From assembly GCF_009914755.1 (NCBI RefSeq), contig NC_060929.1: a stretch of DNA of 64,000 nucleotides; one strand, written 5' to 3'. The translations under genes were made by a program, and so were the position numbers. The notes under the pieces were generated by a model, which did not search any database, was not told the origin of the DNA, and saw only the letters and a program-made list of their open reading frames with translations. Positions 45,075 to 59,307 of the stretch are shown here, one piece after another; position 1 is the first letter of the stretch; every line of letters starts with the position of its first letter. The DNA comes from the human T2T-CHM13v2.0 reference genome, Homo sapiens.

Positions 45075-45425
45075 TTATTGATAATAAAACTAGTTTATTT
45101 TTCCCATCCTCCTTTACAATTAGGAATGGCCATGTGGTTAATTTATATTCGATCACCGGTTAGAGGAATCGATGGGTACCCCTTCCAGATCTTGTTCATA
45201 AATTCTCACATGTATGATACTCCATGTTCTTTGTCCATCTTGAATGACTGGCCTGGTAACAACCAAAGTGACCTTGGAGACATCTGTTGAATTTCATAGC
45301 TGCTGTGGGCTTAGCTTTTGGATGACAAGGCAGAAGAGTATTCTGCTGGCCGATATACCTGCCCAGAACATTTACTTAAGAAAAAACCCTCTTGCTTTTT
45401 AAGCTACTAAATTTTGGGGTATCTT
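45075..45425 (+). mobile_element. MLT1J-like LTR; its 3' tip resumes at about 54961-54997
   Basis: 'ttcccatcctcctttacaattaggaatggccatgtg...ttttaagctactaaattttgggg'; distal 'cagtttagcctagccttactaatac'. Confidence 0.7.
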
Positions 45426-47195
45426 TTTTGAATTACATATTTTAACTACTTTATTATGATAGGATAGACATTTTAAAAGCTGTGGTACTTAATATCCCCA
45501 TCTCATTGAGTTTTGGGATAAGAATGTGTCCATGAAACCATCACCGCCATCAAGGTCATAAACATATCTATCTCCTTGAAAAATTTCTCTCATCCTCTTT
45601 ATTACTATTGTTTGTTTTCTTTTGTTTCACTTTGTTTCTTTTTTTTTCTTATTTTTTAACAGATCACTTAATATAAGATCTACTATCTTAGCAAATTTGA
45701 AATAAACAACACAGTATTGTTAGTGATAGGCACTATGTTCTATAGATTCCCAGAATTTATTCATCTTGCATAACTGAAGCTTCACACTCTTTAACCACTA
45801 CCTCCCCATTTTCTCTACCTCAGCCCCTTAAAACCAGCATACTACAATCTGCTTCTGAGTTTGATTCCTCAAGATTCCATACCTAAGTGAGTTAATGTGG
45901 AATGTATTTTTGTATGTCTGGCTTATTTTGTTTAAGATAATCCATATTATCTGAAAAGGCAAAGTTTTCTGTTTTTAAGGCTGAGTAATATGCTATTGTA
46001 TGTATTTATCACAATTTCCTTATCCATTCATCCATCTATGGACTTTTATTTTGTTTCCATACCTTTGCTATTATGAATAATGCTGCAATGAACATCTAAG
46101 GGCAGACATCTCTTCAAGATCCTGATTTCTATGCCCAGAAATGGAATTTCTGGATTATATGGTAATACTATCTTTTAAGTTTTAAGGAATCTCCTTATGC
46201 TTTTCTGTAATGTCTATATCAATTTTCCAATATTGTACAAGAATCCCTTTTCTCCATATCTTTGCCAATACTTCTTGTCTTTTTTTTTTTTAATAATAGG
46301 CATTCTAACGGGTGTGAGGTGATAGCTCATTGTGGTTTTGATTTGCATTTTCCCGATGATTAGTGATGTTGAGCACATATGCCTGTTGGCCATTTGTATG
46401 TCTTCTTTGGAAAAATGTCTTTTTGGATACTTCGCCCATTTACTAACAGGTTTATTGGTGGATTTTTGCTATTTAGTTGTATAATTTCATTGTATATTTT
46501 GGATACTAACCCTCACCACATATATGATTTGAAAATATTTTCTATTGTTTACTAGGTTGCCATTTCATTTTGTTAAAAACTTTCTGTGTAGAAAGTTTTT
46601 ACTCTGATTTAATCTCACTTGTTTACTTTTGCTTTTGTTGCCTGTTCTTTTTGTGATATTTAAAAAAAAATCATTGCCAAGACCAATGTCAAGGTGCTTC
46701 TTGCCTGTTTTCTTTGAAGAGTATTATTGCTTCAAGTCTCATATATATAAGTCTTTAACCGATTTTAGTTGATTTTTGTGTATAACATAAGTGTTATTTT
46801 ATTTGTTTGTATGCAGATATTCAGTTTTCTCAACACCCTTTATTAAAGAGACTATCCATTACCCATTATATATTTTTGTCATTCTTGTCTTAATTAGTTG
46901 GCTGTATATACATGTATTTATCTCTGGACTCTCTGTTCTATTCTATTGGTCTAATTTCCTGTTTTATTCAGTACTATATAGTTTTTGATTAGTATAGCTT
47001 TGTAATATAATTTGATTTCAGTAAGTATGATGCCTCCAGCTTTGCTCTTCTTGCTCAAAATTGGTTTGGCTATTCTGCATTTTTGGTGGTTCCTTCCATA
47101 TAAATGTTTCTATTTCTCTGAAAAATGCAATTTGAATTTTTATAGGATTGCATGGATTATGTAGCTTACTTTAAGTAGTATGGACATTTTAACAA
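45425..47195 (-). mobile_element. L1MA10/L1MB1-like 3' arm
   Basis: Reversed 3'UTR (gaaaccatcaccgccatcaagg, taagatctactatcttagcaaattt) and ORF2 C-terminus to 'agtatggacattttaacaa'. Confidence 0.85.
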
Positions 47196-48047
47196 CAAAG
47201 AAACACAAAATGTCACAAGAGACTGCTCAGAAAAATTATATGCCAATAAATTGAATAATTTAGAAATATTGATTAATTTCTAGGAACATACAGCCTACCA
47301 AGATTGAATCACGAAAAATTAGAAAATCTAAACAGACTAGTAATGAGTAAGAAGATTATATAAGTAATCAAAAATCTCTGAACAAAAAGAAAAGCTCAAA
47401 CTAGATATCTTCAAGGCTAAGTTCTACAAAACATTTGAAGAATTAACATAAATCCTTTTTAAACTCTGCAAAAAATATAAAGAGGAAGAAACATCCCAAA
47501 CTTATTTGTACAAGGCCAGTATTACCATGATATCAAAACCAGAGAAGGAAATTGAAATGAAAGAAAATTTTATTCCAGTATACCTGATACGCAAAATGCC
47601 AAAATTCTCAACCAAATGCTAGCGAAACAAATTTAGTAACACATTAAAATGATTATACATAACATGATCAGGTGGAATTTAATCCTGGTATGCCAGGATG
47701 GTTCAACGTAGGCAAAACAAAAAATGGGATATACCGCATTAACATAATAAAAGATAAAAATCATTAGATATTCTCAGTAGATGCAGAAAAAGCATGTAAT
47801 AATTTAAACATCTTTTCATGATCAAAACTCTCAATAAATTAGATACAGAAGAAATTTACCTTAAGATAATTTGGGCTATATATGACATGTCCATGGCTAA
47901 CATGATACACAATGGTGAAAATCCAAAAATTTTTTCTCTAACTTCAGAAACAAAACAAGGGTGCCCACTCTCACTAATTCTGTTCAACAAAGTACTGTAA
48001 GTCCTAGCCAGAATGATTAGACAAGATAATGAAATAAAAGTCATTCA
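47196..48047 (+). mobile_element. Inverted ORF2 arm of the L1MA/MB element, part 1
   Basis: Sense ORF2 RT remnant (MIKTLNKL...TKQGCPLSLILFNKVL). Confidence 0.85.
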
Positions 48048-48456
48048 TACCCTACATGCACCAGCACACATATGTGAATGTAGGCCCAGTTGTCACTGCC
48101 CCAGTGAAGTGCTTTTGCCAGAACTCACCATCAGATTGTTGTTGTCAGGGACAAGAACACCTAGGCCATTCCAGTGCATCAGATGCTTAATATTGAAGGG
48201 AGAGGGAACAAAGCCATGGGTGTAATCCCAGGCCCTGCTCAACCCCTGAGTTCTTTCTTGGCCCCCCTTGGCCCAGAAGCAAAGCCATTCAACCAAACCC
48301 AACTTATGCCACAGAAATCCTCTAAGGCATCAAAGAAAATAAAAGCCAAAAGCACCTTTCAAATGACAGCAACTTCAAAAATTAAAGGAACAACAGTCCA
48401 GACAGATGAGAAAGAACCAGCACAAGAACTCCGGTAACTCTAAAAGACAGAGTGTG

Positions 48457-48825
<369 letters not shown>

Positions 48826-48931
48826 TGACAAACAAAATTTTGAAGCTGGATGGCAATAAACATCATCAAGTTTCAAGAGAAAGTGGAAAAATTTAAGGAA
48901 TTCAGTAAAATGATTCAAGAACTGAAAGACA

Positions 48932-49235
48932 GGCTGGGCGCAGTGGCTCAGGTCTGTAATCCCAGCACTTTGGGAGCCCAAGGTAGGTGGATTTCCTGAG
49001 GTCAGGAGTTCAAGACCAGCCTGACCAACAAGACGAAACCTCGTCTCTACTAAAAATACAAAAATTACCTGGGTATGGTGGCCAGTGCCTGTAATCTCAG
49101 CTAGTTGGGAGGCTGAGGCAGGAGAATTGCTTGGAGGCGGAGGTCGCAGTAAGTCAAGATCATGCCATTGCACTCCAGCCTAGGTGACAAGAGCAAAACC
49201 CAGTCTTAAAAAAAAAAATTAAAAAAATAAAAAAT
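48932..49235 (+). mobile_element. AluS-like element nested in L1 ORF1
   Basis: Perfect TSD aactgaaagaca (48920-48931, 49236-49247). Confidence 0.95.
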
Positions 49236-52200
49236 AACTGAAAGACAAAATAGCCATTTTAAGATGATAGAGCTGAAAAGTTCACTAAAATAATTTCATA
49301 ATATAATTGCATTAACAGTAAAATAGGCAAAACTAAGAAAATAATCTCAAGTTCAAAGACCGCTTTATTGACTCAACTCAGGCAGAAAAAAAAATTTAAA
49401 AAGAATTAAAAAGTAAACAAAACCTCTGACAAATATGAAATTATGTACAGAGACCAAACATATGACGCACTGGTGTCCCTGAAAGAGAGGGAGAGAGTTC
49501 AAGCAACTTGGAAAGCACATTTGAGTATATTGTCCACAAATATTTCCCCAGACTGACTAGAGGGGTCCATATTTAAATTCAGGAATTTCAGGAAAAAAAT
49601 ACTGAGATACTATGCATGATGCCATCCCAAAGACACAAAGTCATCAAATTCACTAAGGTCAACACAAAAGAAAAAATATTGAAGACAGCTAGAGAGAAGA
49701 GGCAGGACACCTACAAATCAAACCCCATCAGGCTAACAGCAGGTCTTTCAGCAGTAAGTCTACAAGCCAGAAGAGACTGAGGGCCTATATTCAGCATCCT
49801 TAAAGAACAGAAATTCCAACCAAGAATTTTATGTCCAGTCAAACTAAGCTTCATAAGTGAAGGAGAAATAAAATCCTTTCTTTGACAAGCAAATGCCAAG
49901 GGAAATTGTTACCATAAGACCTGCCTTATAAGAAATCCTTAAGTGAGTGCTAAACATGAGAAAGAAAGAGTATTATCAGCCACCGTGAAGACACACTTAA
50001 GTGCACAGATCGTTGTCACTATAAAGCAACTATACAATCAAGTGTACATAAAAAACCTAACAACACAATGACAGGATCACATCCATACATAGAAATATTA
50101 ACCTTAAATATTAATGGACTAAACACCACCTTAAAAGACACAGAATGGCAAGTTGCATAAAGAAGAAAAACCTAACTCTATTCGCTCTATAACAGACAGG
50201 TCTTACATGCAGTGACACCGATGGGCTCAAAGTAATGGGATGGAGAAAGATCTATCAAGCAAATAGAAAACAAAGAACAGCAAGTGTTGCTACTCTTATT
50301 TCAAACAAAACAGACTCAAAGGAACAATGATTGGAAAGGACGAAAAATGGTATTACATAATGGTAAAAAGTTCAATTCAACAAAAAGACTTAACTATCTT
50401 AAATATATATGCAACCAACAATGGAGAACCTAGATTCATAAGAGAAGTTGTTAAAGATCTACAAAGAGACTTAATGGAAGACTTCAACACCCCACTGATA
50501 GTATTAGACAGAACATCAAGGCAGAAAACTAACAATGATATTAAGAAGCTAAAATTCACATTGACCAAATGAATCCAACAGACATCTACAGAACATTCCA
50601 CCCAACAACAGAATGTACATCGCACATACTCTGTATGCAAGATGACCATCTCAAAGACACATAGTCATCAAATTCACCAAGATAAACACACACAAAAAAT
50701 ATTAAAGACAGCTAGAGAGAAGAGACAGGTCACCTACAAAGCAAACCCCATCAGGTGAAGAGCAGGCCTTTCAGTAGAAACCCTACAAGCCGGAAGAGAT
50801 TGACGACCTATATTCAGCATCCTTAAAGAACAGGAATTCCAAGAAAGAATTTTATAACTAGCCAAATTAGGCTTCATAAATGAAGAAGAAATAAAATCCT
50901 TTTTTTCCTCCTTCTCAGCTACGCATGGCACATATGCTAAAATCAAACACGTGGCCATAAAGCTATTCTCAACAAATTTTAAAAAATGAAATCAAACCAA
51001 GCACACTTTCAGACCACAGTACAATATAAATAGAAGTTAATGCTAAGATGAGCTCTCAAAACTATACAATCCCATGGAAATTAAACAATCTGCTGCTGAA
51101 TGACTTGTAGGAAACAATAAAATGAAGGCAGAAATCAAGATGTTTTTTGAAACTACTGAAAACAAAGATACAACCTACTAGAATATCTGGGACTCAGCTA
51201 AATCAGTGTTAAAAGGAAAGTTTATAGCACTAAATGCCCACATCATAAAGTTAGAAAGATCTTACATTAATAACCTAACATCACACCAAGAGGAACTAGA
51301 AAAACAAGAGCAAACCAATCTTTAAGCTACAGAAGATAAGAAATAACAAAGATGAGGCTGAACTGAACAAAATTGAGGTACAAAAATCATTAAAAAGACA
51401 AAGAAAACAAATTTTGGTTATTTGAAAGAATAAATAAGACACATAGACCATATAGCTACACTGATAAAGAAGAAAAAGAGAGGATCCAAATAAACTCAAT
51501 CCAGAAATGACAAAGGCAACAATACCACTGATCCCACAGACATACAAAAATCTCTCAGATACTATTATGAACACCTCTGATACAAACTCGAAAACCTAGA
51601 AAAAAAAATGGATGAATTCCGGGAAACATACAACCTTCCAAGATTGAACAAGGAAGAAACTGAAACACCAAACAGACCAAAACAAGTTCTGAAATTGACT
51701 CAGTAATTAAAAACTTACCATCCAGAAAAAATTCTGGAGCAGGCCAATTCACAAATGAATTCTACCAAACATATAAAGAAGATGTGGTACCAATCCTGCT
51801 CAAATTATTCCAAAAACTCAAGGAGGAAGCATGCCTCCCTCTCCCTAACTCATTATATTAAACCAGCATCTTTCTGATACCAAATCCTGACAGAGCTCCA
51901 GTGAAAAAAGAAAACTTCAAACCAATATCCTTGCTGAACATAGGTACAAAAATCCTCAAGAATATGCAACCAAAGCAAATCCAGCAGCACATCAAAAAGC
52001 TAATTCACCATGATCAAGTGGACTTTTATTCTGGGATACAGGGGGGTTTAACAATATGCAAATCAATAAATGTCTTTCATCACATAAACAGAACTAAAAA
52101 CAAAAATTACATGATCATCTCAATAAGTGCAGAAAGGTTTTTGACAAAATCCAACCTCAGTTCATGTTAAAAACCCCCAACAGACTAGACATTGAAGAAT

Positions 52201-52761
52201 GTACCTCAAAAAAATAAGAGGCATCTGTGACAAACCTGCAGCCAACATCATACTAAACAGGGAAAAGCTGAAAGCATTCTGCTTGGAACCAGATCAAAAC
52301 AAAGATACCCACTCTCATCGCTTCTATTGAATATATTACTAGAAGTCGTAGCCAGAGCAATTAGTCAATAGAAAGAAATAAAATGCATTCAAATAGAAAG
52401 AGAGGAAGTCAAGCTATCTCTCTTTGCAGACAAAATGATTCTATTCCCAGAATACCCCATAGTATCTGCCCAAAGGCTCCTATATATGATAAAAAAACTT
52501 CAGCAAATTTTCAGGATATAAAATAAATGTACAGAAATCAATAGCATTTTGATATACCAATAACATCCAAACTGAGAGCCAAATCAAGATGAAAACCTCA
52601 TTAATAATAGCCACAAAACGAATAAAATACCTAGGAATATAGCTAACCAGAGAGGTGAAAGATCTCTACAGTGAGAACTACAAAACACTGCTAAAAGAAA
52701 GTGAAGACGACACAAGCAAATGGAAAAAATTCTATGCTCATTGATAGGAAGAATCAAAATA

Positions 52762-52842
52762 CTAGGTTGGTGAAAAAGTAACTGTGGTTTTTGCCATTAC
52801 TTTTAATGAAAAAAAGACACAATTACTTTTGCATCAACCTAA
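52762..52842. mobile_element. MADE1 (Hsmar1-derived MITE)
   Basis: ta-ctaggttggtgaaaaagtaactgtggtttttgccattac...aattacttttgcatcaacctaa-ta; TA target duplication, palindromic. Confidence 0.92.
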
Positions 52843-54574
52843 TAGTTAAAATGGTCATAATGCCCAAAGCAATTCATAGATTAAATGCTATTCCTATCAA
52901 ATTACCAACAGCATTTTTTTTACAGAATTAGTAAAAACTATTCTAAAATCCACATGGAACAAAAACAGGGCCAAATAGCCAAAGCAATCCTAAGGAAAAA
53001 AAAAAAAAAGAAAGAAAGAAAGCTGCGGGCATCACGTTACCTGTCTTCAAACAATAATAGAAGGCTAGTGTAGTGAAAACAGCATGTTACTGGCACAAAA
53101 ACAGACAGATAGAGCAATGGAATAGAATAGAGAACCCACAAATAAAGCCACACACCTAAAACCATTTGATTTTTGACAAAGTTAACAATCACCAGCAAGG
53201 GAGAAAGGAGATCCTATTCAATAAATAGTGCTAGTATAAGTGGCTAACCTCATGCAGAAGATTGAAACTGGACCTCTTACTTTCACGACATATAAAAAAA
53301 ACAACCCAGGATGGCTTAAAGACTTATATGGAAGACCTAAATCTATAAAAACCTTAGAAGGAAACCTAGAAAATACCACTCTGGACATAGGCCGTAGCAA
53401 AGATTTAACAGTGAAGACTCCAAAAGCAGTTGCCACAAAAACAAAAATTGACAAATGAGATCTAATTAAACTAAAGAGCTTCTATACAGCAACAGAAACT
53501 ATAAACAGAGTCAACTGAGAACCTATAGAATGGGAGAACATTTTTGCAAACTATTCATCTGACAAAGGTCTAATATCTAGAATCTATAAGGAATTTAAAC
53601 AAATCAACAAGCAAAAAACAAACAACCCCATTAAAAAATGGGCAAAATACATGAACAGACACTTCTTAAAAGAAGAGATACAAGTGGTCAACAAGCATAT
53701 GAAAAAATATTCAACATCATTAATCATTAGAGGAATGCAAATCAAAGCCATGAGACACTATCTCATACTAGTCAGAATGGCTATTATTAAAAGGTCAAAA
53801 AATAACAGATGCTAGCTAGGTTGCAGAGAAAAGGAAATGTTTGTACACTGTTGGCGAGAATGTAAATTAGCCATTTTGGAAAGCAGTTTGGAGACTTCTC
53901 AAACAACTTGAAACAGAACTTAAACAATCACCTTAAAACAACTTAAAAACAAAAAACAAGTATTTTTTTTGACTCAACAATCCCATTAGGGTATATATAC
54001 CAAAAGGAATACAAATATTACTACCATAAAGACACACGCATGTGTATGTTCATCACAGCACCACTCACAATAGCAAAGACATAGAACAATCTATATGCCT
54101 ATCAACAGTGGACTTGATAAAGAAATTGTATATCTATACACCATGGAATACTATGTAGCCATGACAAAGAACAAAATCATGTCCTTTACACCAACATGGA
54201 TGCAGCTAGAGGCCATTATCATAAGTAAATTAACACAGGAACAGAAAACCAAATACCATGTATTCTCACTTATTTGTTGGGGCTAAGCTTTGAGTACAGA
54301 TGGACACAAAAGAGTGAATAACACTGGGCCTACTTGAGGATGGAGGCTGGGAGAAGCATGAGGATGGAAAACCTACCTATCGGGTACAATGCTCATTACT
54401 TGGGTGGTGAAATTTTGTATACCAAACCCCAGTAAAACAAAATTTACTCATGTAACAAATCTGTGCATGTGTCTCCTGAATCTAACATGAAAGTTGGAAG
54501 GAACAAGAAATATTTCACTCTACAAAGGAAAGAAATACTTCCAATAAAAGCATGACATTATGCCTTTAAAAAAA

Positions 54575-54960
54575 GAAATAAGAAGCATTCAACTCAATCC
54601 AAATCAGAAAGGAAACCGTAACATTTGTGTTTGCAGATGACGTGATCTTATATGTCAGTCTACAAAGTTTCCAAAAAAATAGTGTTAAAACTAACACAGG
54701 ATATAAAGTTGTGAATAAAAATATCAACATAGAAAAATCAGTCATGATTCTATACATTAATAATATACTATCTAGACAAAAAAATAAGAAAATAATCCCA
54801 TTTACAATAGCACCAGAAGGAATAAAATACTTAAGCATACGTTTAACCATGGAAGTGAAAGATCTGTACAAAGGAAACTATAAAACATTGGTTAAAGAAA
54901 TTGAAGAAGACACAAATAAACTGAGAAAGAATCCATATTAATAGAGTGAAAGAATAAATG
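54575..54960 (+). mobile_element. Inverted ORF2 arm of the L1MA/MB element, part 2
   Basis: FADDVILY...KDLYKGNYKTLVKEIEEDTNK continues ORF2 from where 48047 stopped. Confidence 0.85.
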
Positions 54961-55101
54961 CTTTATTATCACAGTTTAGCCTAGCCTTACTAATACTTTT
55001 AATTGAATACAAATGATCAAACTGCCCTCTGAAAGCTGTGTAGTAATTTATAACTAATGCAATAAGTTGTAATATTACCAAACCAACACTTCTCCAAATA
55101 T

Positions 55102-56205
55102 TGTGTGCTACAGCTCATCAATCAGAACTCAGGTAGAATAAAAGGAATACAGAAAGGTTACATAAGAATTCTTTGCTCTGAGTTTATTAAAAGACTGTTT
55201 ACAATGGTTTGGGGCACATGTGAGGAAACTACTAGAGATAGAATACCGGGGAGAGTAATACTTGTGCTCTACTACCACCTGAGGTCTGGAAAGGCAAACG
55301 AGGGAGATTATTGCAATCTGTGACAGAGAAGACTATGTTGACTAACTGTTTAATAGGAAGCCAGAAAGCAGAAAGAGCCAATTTTTTATTTTGTTCATAT
55401 AGCTCAGATTGGAAGGGCACAGGAAAGAAGGTTAACAAGTGGATCTAAAGAGATACTCAGCAATACAGTCCTTTTGCCCCTCCACATACATTTTTATTCA
55501 TTCTGTCAGATAAGAGATATATAAAATCTCCTCAACCTCTCCATTGTCCAGTGATGGTGACATTTGGATCATAATTAATAAGTAACCTAAGAGGTAATTC
55601 ACTATTTTTTCATACAAAATTGTGTACAACAAAGAAAACATAAGCAAATAAAATAAAACAAGGCTACTTCTGTAGCTAGCCTTTCCTATACATTGGGTTC
55701 GTGGTGTGTCTGGTTGGGGGTCCTTTACCTAGCTGGGTGAACCTCAATGCTGTGGTTCTGCGCTGAGTTCTTGGTAATCATTCCTCTAGTATTTACTGGA
55801 TTACTGCAGTTTTACATTGACCAGAATTTAACAAGACAGTAGTAAATGACACTCCAATTTCCTGGTTTCTGAACATAGTCATCATTGCTTTGATTTTGTA
55901 GCAGTATTCCAATCTGTCGGGTGATTTACTCTGGCCTACAGACGAATCCAAATGTCTGACTATTGTTAATTTGCACTCTGAATTAAGCTGGCCAAGAGAA
56001 AGTCTCTCTTCTGCAACACAGGAGCTGGGGGGAATAAAAACTGAAACCTCCCTCTTCTCTCTTGCTTTAAACCTCAGTCAATTCCCCATGCTTGCCAATG
56101 AGCTAGAAGCCAGAGAGCAAAGGTATCCTCTCATAGAAGCCTTACAGATTAGTATTTGTGGACAAAGAAGAATGAGGTGTGAAATACAGATCAGAAGGAA
56201 CAAAA
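55102..56205 (-). mobile_element. Old ERVL remnant (LTR41-like LTR pieces and internal sequence)
   Basis: 'gagtttattaaaagactgtttacaatgg...gaggaaactactagagat' and two 'gaagccaga...gatc' LTR-end-like motifs; family assignment tentative. Confidence 0.5.
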
Positions 56206-56796
56206 TAATGATAAAGTTGGCAATACTATTTTTAATATTCAATTTTAAATGATACCACAGTCCTTATTTAATGTGCATTTCTTCAATTTTCAAGTTACAA
56301 AACCATTTTTCATTCATTTGTGAATCATTTGTCTTTACATCTTTTAAAAGTTTTTTTCTGCATTTTTATTTTTGCAGTAAGTTCACGCTAAGGGGCTTTC
56401 AATTTCAATTAATTCTCTAATTATCTGGTCCATGTTGTCCAATATTTCATGAAATCAGAGGCAAATATTTTTCATACTCAAATCTACCTGTTTACCATTC
56501 TGTTTCTATTGTTTTCATGAATTACTGCAATCTAGTAGATGTGTTTTCCTTAATTTTCAGAAATAATCCTAGACATCTCTTGGATAGTACCATAGGCATT
56601 CATCTGAATCTAAAATTAATATATGAATGGCTATTTTCAATAACATGAGAGTACCTGCAATTAAGGGCTGAAGACTTTCCTCAGCTTAATGAACTGTTCC
56701 TTCATTATGTCTCTCATTTGCTTCTTTTCTATTTCTCTATAGTAGATTAAATATCATATTGCAAACTTGCCTGTCAATCAATTGAGGTGGGAATTA

Positions 56797-56829
56797 TTAG
56801 GTAGGTGCGAAAGTAATTGTGGTGCTTGA
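56797..56829. mobile_element. Half MADE1 (single terminal repeat)
   Basis: ta-ttaggtaggtgcgaaagtaattgtgg. Confidence 0.7.
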
Positions 56830-58052
56830 TAATTTATTGTTGAATTTTTTAATTAATTTGTAATTAATCATAAGATGGATATAAACATGACTTTATGTTT
56901 TAATCAAAGATTTGTAGAGTTAGTTCATGGATTCTAGAAAAAAACAGCATCAATTTTTTAGAATATGTGAGTCTGTTTCTGGCAATATGGAATGTTCTAA
57001 TTTTAAGAATACAATCTGCCTGTCTAGAGAAAAATGCAATTCAAGTAGATGATATTATTCATTCTCTGTCAATAGTTTGATGGAAAAATGTCCTAAAAGA
57101 TCTCGCTCTAGACCTACTTACTAATCTAATTTGTAGTTTTAGCTTCTGACATGCAGAGAGAGCTTTATACCAATAACTGGCAAAGTCTGGCAGTTGACAT
57201 ACATCAGTCATTTTAAATTGCTAAACTGGCATTTTGGTTTATGTATTAGCCTCTTTTAAGTTTGATGACTATGATTTTAAATGCTTTAACCTCATTAATT
57301 CTTGTTTAATGTGAGAACTTGAAGGCAGAACTAAGCCCCTCAAAATAAATCGCCAAATCAAACAAGTAAATAGCATCTTCCCTAGACACAAAATTCTCCT
57401 AGAAACCTGGGACCACTTATTTTCATAGCTTTCTTTCCATCTTTTTCTTTATCTTTTTTATCTTACTTTTTCTCATTATTCTTATATCTGACACTCTCAG
57501 GATGCCAAAAATCAAATAAAATTAATTTTAGATGATAAGATAATAAAATATTCTGACTTTTTTTTTCTTGATCTTTTTGGCTTTCCAAAGGAAAGGCAAC
57601 TCAAATTTTACACTAACACAAGTTTCAAAGCAAGGTAACATATCCACGTAAGGTAGACTCATGGAATCATTAAGACTTTCTTGGTGAAGTCTGAAAAATG
57701 CAGAGTATGTTCTGTTCTTTCTCTGAATGCTTTTAGCTTAGTTGTTGTTGTCAAATGCATCCGTTACCCAGAATTTTAAAAGTCTCTGGACGGCAAAAAA
57801 ATCAATAAACGATTCAAAAATAAAAACAGAATGAAATAATGTTGATCAACTTTCAAACTAAATATAGGATCTCTACAAATTAATATTGTCTTCATGGAGA
57901 ATCAACACAGAGTTGAATATCTGGACAACTGATGATGGCTTCCCCTACATAAATAACTAAGAAAGAAAAAGGAATTCCTACTTTTTAGAAAAGACAGTAA
58001 TATTTGTCTACAGTATTGAGCAATCATAAAAACCAGTTTATAACCCATTCCA

Positions 58053-58216
58053 ATTAGTCCGCTGAAGCTGCTATAATCGAGTACCACAAACTGCAACAAA
58101 CATTTGTTTTCTTACAGTTCTGGAAGCCGGACATCCAAGATCAGGGTGCCAGCATGGTTGGATTCTGGGGAAGCCTCTCTCTTTGACTTGCTGACCACTA
58201 AATTATCTCTGTGTTC
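58053..58216 (-). mobile_element. MLT1A/B-like LTR fragment
   Basis: 'gctgctataatcgagtaccacaaactg...cttacagttctggaagccggacatccaagatcagggtgccagcatgg'. Confidence 0.8.
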
Positions 58217-59188
58217 TAAAATAGTTTTCATTACCTTGTTTCTTATCTGTAAAGAGTGGCTAAAAATTAAGAAAATGCTCACAGTCCTTTGGATGATATT
58301 TAATATATATTTGTTTTTGCCACCTTGAAATTTGCAGACATAATATGATGTGTGTGCTCCTACACACGCAGGAGAAAAATAACTACATAGTTTTAAATTT
58401 CCTGTCTTCTTGTTTTCTGTTCATCTGGAGAAAATCAATTATGGTTACTTTATATAAAGGTGTTAATGAACATAAATTATTGAGACTATGTAAAGTACAA
58501 TAATTAAAATGAATATAAAATTATGTTCATAATAAGCTTTCATATCTTTTGAGAGAAGTTGAAGTTCATTAAGATGTCATATTCAATATTATATATTTGT
58601 ATTATTTTATTTATTTGATATACTGATTATTTTTTTCAATTAAGGTATAATCTTTCACATTATTGTCTACTTTTATACTTATAATTATTTACATTACAGT
58701 GTTTCATATTACATTATTTTTCATTATAATAATTTATAAAACAAATACAACATTTATCTTATGTTTAAATACTTATACACAAGATTTATATGGAGGATCT
58801 TGAGAGTAGTGTTAAAAATTTATAAAGGTAAAATTAGAAGTAATATTTTATAAAATAATGAAAATTTAAGATTACTTTATTTGAGACTTTAGGCTGTAAT
58901 TTAATTAAATAATTTAAAGTTCTTTATATATAGAAAATAAATATTAATTTTTTATAATTATTGATGTGCTTCCTGGGTTTAAAAATATTGCCTGTAACAA
59001 TTTCTTATATATCAATATTTATTATTTATGTTCATATCGTATCCTTTCTTAAAATTAGTTTTTAAATTTTGCCTTTCTCAGGTTCAAGCTTCAAATTCAG
59101 ATTAATAAGTTTGTTTGTGTATAAAGATAAATAAAACCGCTAAGATTCTATGGCCACAGGAAAAGCAAACATTTACTTCTTTTCTACA

Positions 59189-59307
59189 TGTATGTGTGTG
59201 TGTGTTTGTGTGTGTGTGTATACACACATCTATATATCCATTATATGTGTGTGTGTATACACACATCTATATATATCCATTATATGGACGTGTGTACATA
59301 CATACAT
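59189..59307. repeat. Compound (TG)n/(TA)n microsatellite with two ~37-bp tandem units
   Basis: gtgtatacacacatctatatat(at)ccattatatg occurs twice. Confidence 0.9.
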
